20,000 nucleotides of DNA, from IMG/VR virus record IMGVR_UViG_3300042731_007181. One strand, written 5' to 3'. Numbering within the stretch: position 1 is the first letter of the stretch; every line of letters starts with the position of its first letter. The notes beneath the pieces are model-generated. The model was given only the letters and a program-made list of their open reading frames with translations, did no database searches and was not told where the DNA came from. The DNA comes from an uncultured virus (IMG/VR IMGVR_UViG_3300042731_007181) (taxonomy: Duplodnaviria > Heunggongvirae > Uroviricota > Caudoviricetes). Positions 18,555 to 20,000 of this stretch are shown here, one piece after another. A program made the translations under genes and the position numbers.

Positions 18555-19556
18555 TTAGACTTCTTTTACTTCTTCCAATTTGTAATCGCCATCTGTTCCG
18601 ATTACCTTTTTCCAATATTCTGATTGCTCAGACTTATAAGCTTCAATAGATTTCTTTTCTTCCGCAGATTCTTTACCTGCCAAGAAACCGTGAGGTGTAA
18701 CGATAATCTTACCGTCCTCATATCCCAATCCATTGATGTGGTTTTTCATAACCGATACTTTTGTTCTAACTGCAAACTTAACTTTTCTTTTGTCTTTAAC
18801 CGCAGCAATCTTATTGGTACCAGCGTTTTTCTGATTACCAAATAAGAATACCAATGATGAGTTCAACCAAATTGCCTCACCACCTTTAGCCTTAATCTTA
18901 GGCTGACCAAAAGGATTGTCAGGTAATTCTACCCATGGTTGATTAACAATCACCAATGTATTTTCATACTTTGATGTTGCCTTTCTTGAACCTGCAATTC
19001 TTTGGTTAATACCCATACCGATTTTATCCGCTAATGTGGCTGCATTGTGTTGTTTACCTCCCTTACCGTCAAAGGTCATTTTACAAGGAACAGAACCTAC
19101 AGAATCCCACAAGAACAGTAAGTCGTATTCTAACTCACCCTTCTCTTGAGCATCCAACAATTCGTTGATGTAGTCTGTGATTTGTTCAATGTAGTCAAAG
19201 TTGTTGTTAAACAAGAAGAATCCGTCCCAATCCAACTCACCTGTTTCCTCATCAACAACTTCTTCACATTCGAAACCCATTGTCAATGCGTGGTCAAAAG
19301 ACCATTTCTGTTCAGTGATTATAAAGACAGGAAGGATACCCTTCTTTTGTGCGTCTACCGCAGCTTTAACTAACGCAGTTGTTTTACCAGTATCACTATG
19401 ACCCAAGAACATATTCAGGTGACCAATAGCAGGACCAGGTAGACCTACCGCATCCAAAAACGCCTCACCTAAATCTAAAAACCTTTGTGGTTTGTATTTC
19501 GCCGAAGTAGAGTATTTCTGCTTCAACGATTTGAAATCTTTTTTCTTAATTGCCAT
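18555..19556 (-). CDS. RecA/UvsX-like recombinase
   Basis: Walker A GHSDTGKT, catalytic Glu in FIITEQ, Walker B LFLWDSVGS, IVNQ, KAKGGEAI and VMKNH motifs. Confidence 0.9.
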   Translation of the reverse strand: MAIKKKDFKSLKQKYSTSAKYKPQRFLDLGEAFLDAVGLPGPAIGHLNMFLGHSDTGKTTALVKAAVDAQKKGILPVFIITEQKWSFDHALTMGFECEEVVDEETGELDWDGFFLFNNNFDYIEQITDYINELLDAQEKGELEYDLLFLWDSVGSVPCKMTFDGKGGKQHNAATLADKIGMGINQRIAGSRKATSKYENTLVIVNQPWVELPDNPFGQPKIKAKGGEAIWLNSSLVFLFGNQKNAGTNKIAAVKDKRKVKFAVRTKVSVMKNHINGLGYEDGKIIVTPHGFLAGKESAEEKKSIEAYKSEQSEYWKKVIGTDGDYKLEEVKEV

Positions 19557-19563
19557 ATTACTT

Positions 19564-19601
19564 AGTAAATAAAGATGGTAAGGACAGAAGTCCCTACCAT
19601 C
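19564..19601 (-). terminator. Hairpin with weak U-tract between the ssb and recA-like genes (leaky terminator or mRNA-stabilising stem)
   Basis: Minus strand GATGGTAGGGAC-TTCT-GTCCTTACCATC then TTTATTTACT. The 12-bp stem's single irregular pair is a G.U wobble only on the minus-strand transcript. Confidence 0.7.
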
Positions 19602-19614
19602 ATATTAGTGATTC

Positions 19615-20000
19615 TTAGAACGGCAAGTCTGTGTCAACTTCCATTCCCGCTTGTGGGTCTTTCACTGTAGTGTTTGAGTCAGATGCTACTGAACCACCCA
19701 AAGTCACTTCTGTGTCGTCACCATAAACGTATTTTTTCAATTCTGTATCCCAAACAGGTGTCTCACCTCTTGCGATAGCTTCCAAATACTCAACAGGTTT
19801 TTGTGAATAAACATCCTGCCAAGTCAACTCATCTTCAACCCATTCCTTCATCTGAGCCTTGTCAGTATGAATCGGTGCTGGGTCGTCATACATAATAGTT
19901 TTCACTACCGTGTATTCAATACCTGAAGGAGTCTTAGCTTTAGACAAATCAACAATCAAGTCACGACCTTCGTTAGCGTCAGTCACATCACCTTTTTGTT
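19615..20000 (-). CDS. C-terminal part of a single-stranded DNA-binding protein, T4 gp32-like (start lies beyond the window)
   Basis: The frame is open to the right edge (..QKGDVTDANEGRDLIV..). This fits the G-D-x-T-D-x-x-x-G-R-D motif of gp32-like SSBs. It has a low-complexity linker, an acidic tail ending EVDTDLPF, and sits next to the recombinase. Confidence 0.75.
   Translation of the reverse strand, partial: QKGDVTDANEGRDLIVDLSKAKTPSGIEYTVVKTIMYDDPAPIHTDKAQMKEWVEDELTWQDVYSQKPVEYLEAIARGETPVWDTELKKYVYGDDTEVTLGGSVASDSNTTVKDPQAGMEVDTDLPF

Noticed and set aside
439..19401. Many short (60-122 aa) ORFs, on the plus strand or in alternate minus frames
   Set aside because: All are nested in or antisense to long, well-supported genes and show no recognisable motifs. 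They look like shadow ORFs.
12633..19556. Inteins, group I introns or homing endonucleases in nrdA, nrdB, helicase or recA (common insertion targets)
   Set aside because: All four are uninterrupted and of normal or minimal length, with no intein splice motifs or LAGLIDADG/HNH/GIY-YIG inserts. The extra length of NrdB is explained by the ATP-cone.
1..20000. Stop-codon reassignment (TAG or TGA recoding), seen in some large Bacteroidota phages
   Set aside because: Genes are full length and densely packed under the standard code. Stops are TAA except one TGA. The absence of TAG as a primary stop is unremarkable in AT-rich DNA, and no gene needs read-through.
1..20000. CRISPR array, tRNA, rRNA or large structured ncRNA
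   Set aside because: The largest intergenic gap is under 90 nt. I saw no regularly spaced repeats or cloverleaf-compatible sequence.

Overview
A 20 kb segment of a large, AT-rich tailed dsDNA phage with a contractile tail (myovirus-like), probably infecting Bacteroidota (Flavobacteriia). All real genes lie on the minus strand and are tightly packed. In transcription order (right to left) there is first a replication/nucleotide module: gp32-like SSB (partial), RecA/UvsX-like recombinase, 5'-3' exonuclease/flap endonuclease, a 150-aa unknown, a DnaB/gp41-like helicase, ribonucleotide reductase beta with an N-terminal ATP-cone, and RNR alpha with no ATP-cone. A strong C(UUCG)G terminator follows. 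Next is a baseplate/structural module: gp25-like, gp6/J-like, a 1750-aa Cys-rich protein with an internal 66-aa hydrophobic segment, four further unknowns (one with a PKD-like domain) and a partial gene running off the left edge. The most notable points are a phage-encoded class Id-type (Mn, NrdAi/NrdBi-like) RNR with the allosteric ATP-cone on the beta subunit, the membrane-like segment in the giant baseplate-adjacent protein, and a repeated AAGTATTTAT motif that may be a phage late promoter. No tRNA, CRISPR array, intron, intein, transposon or genetic-code reassignment is evident. All family assignments come from motif recognition by eye, not database searches.
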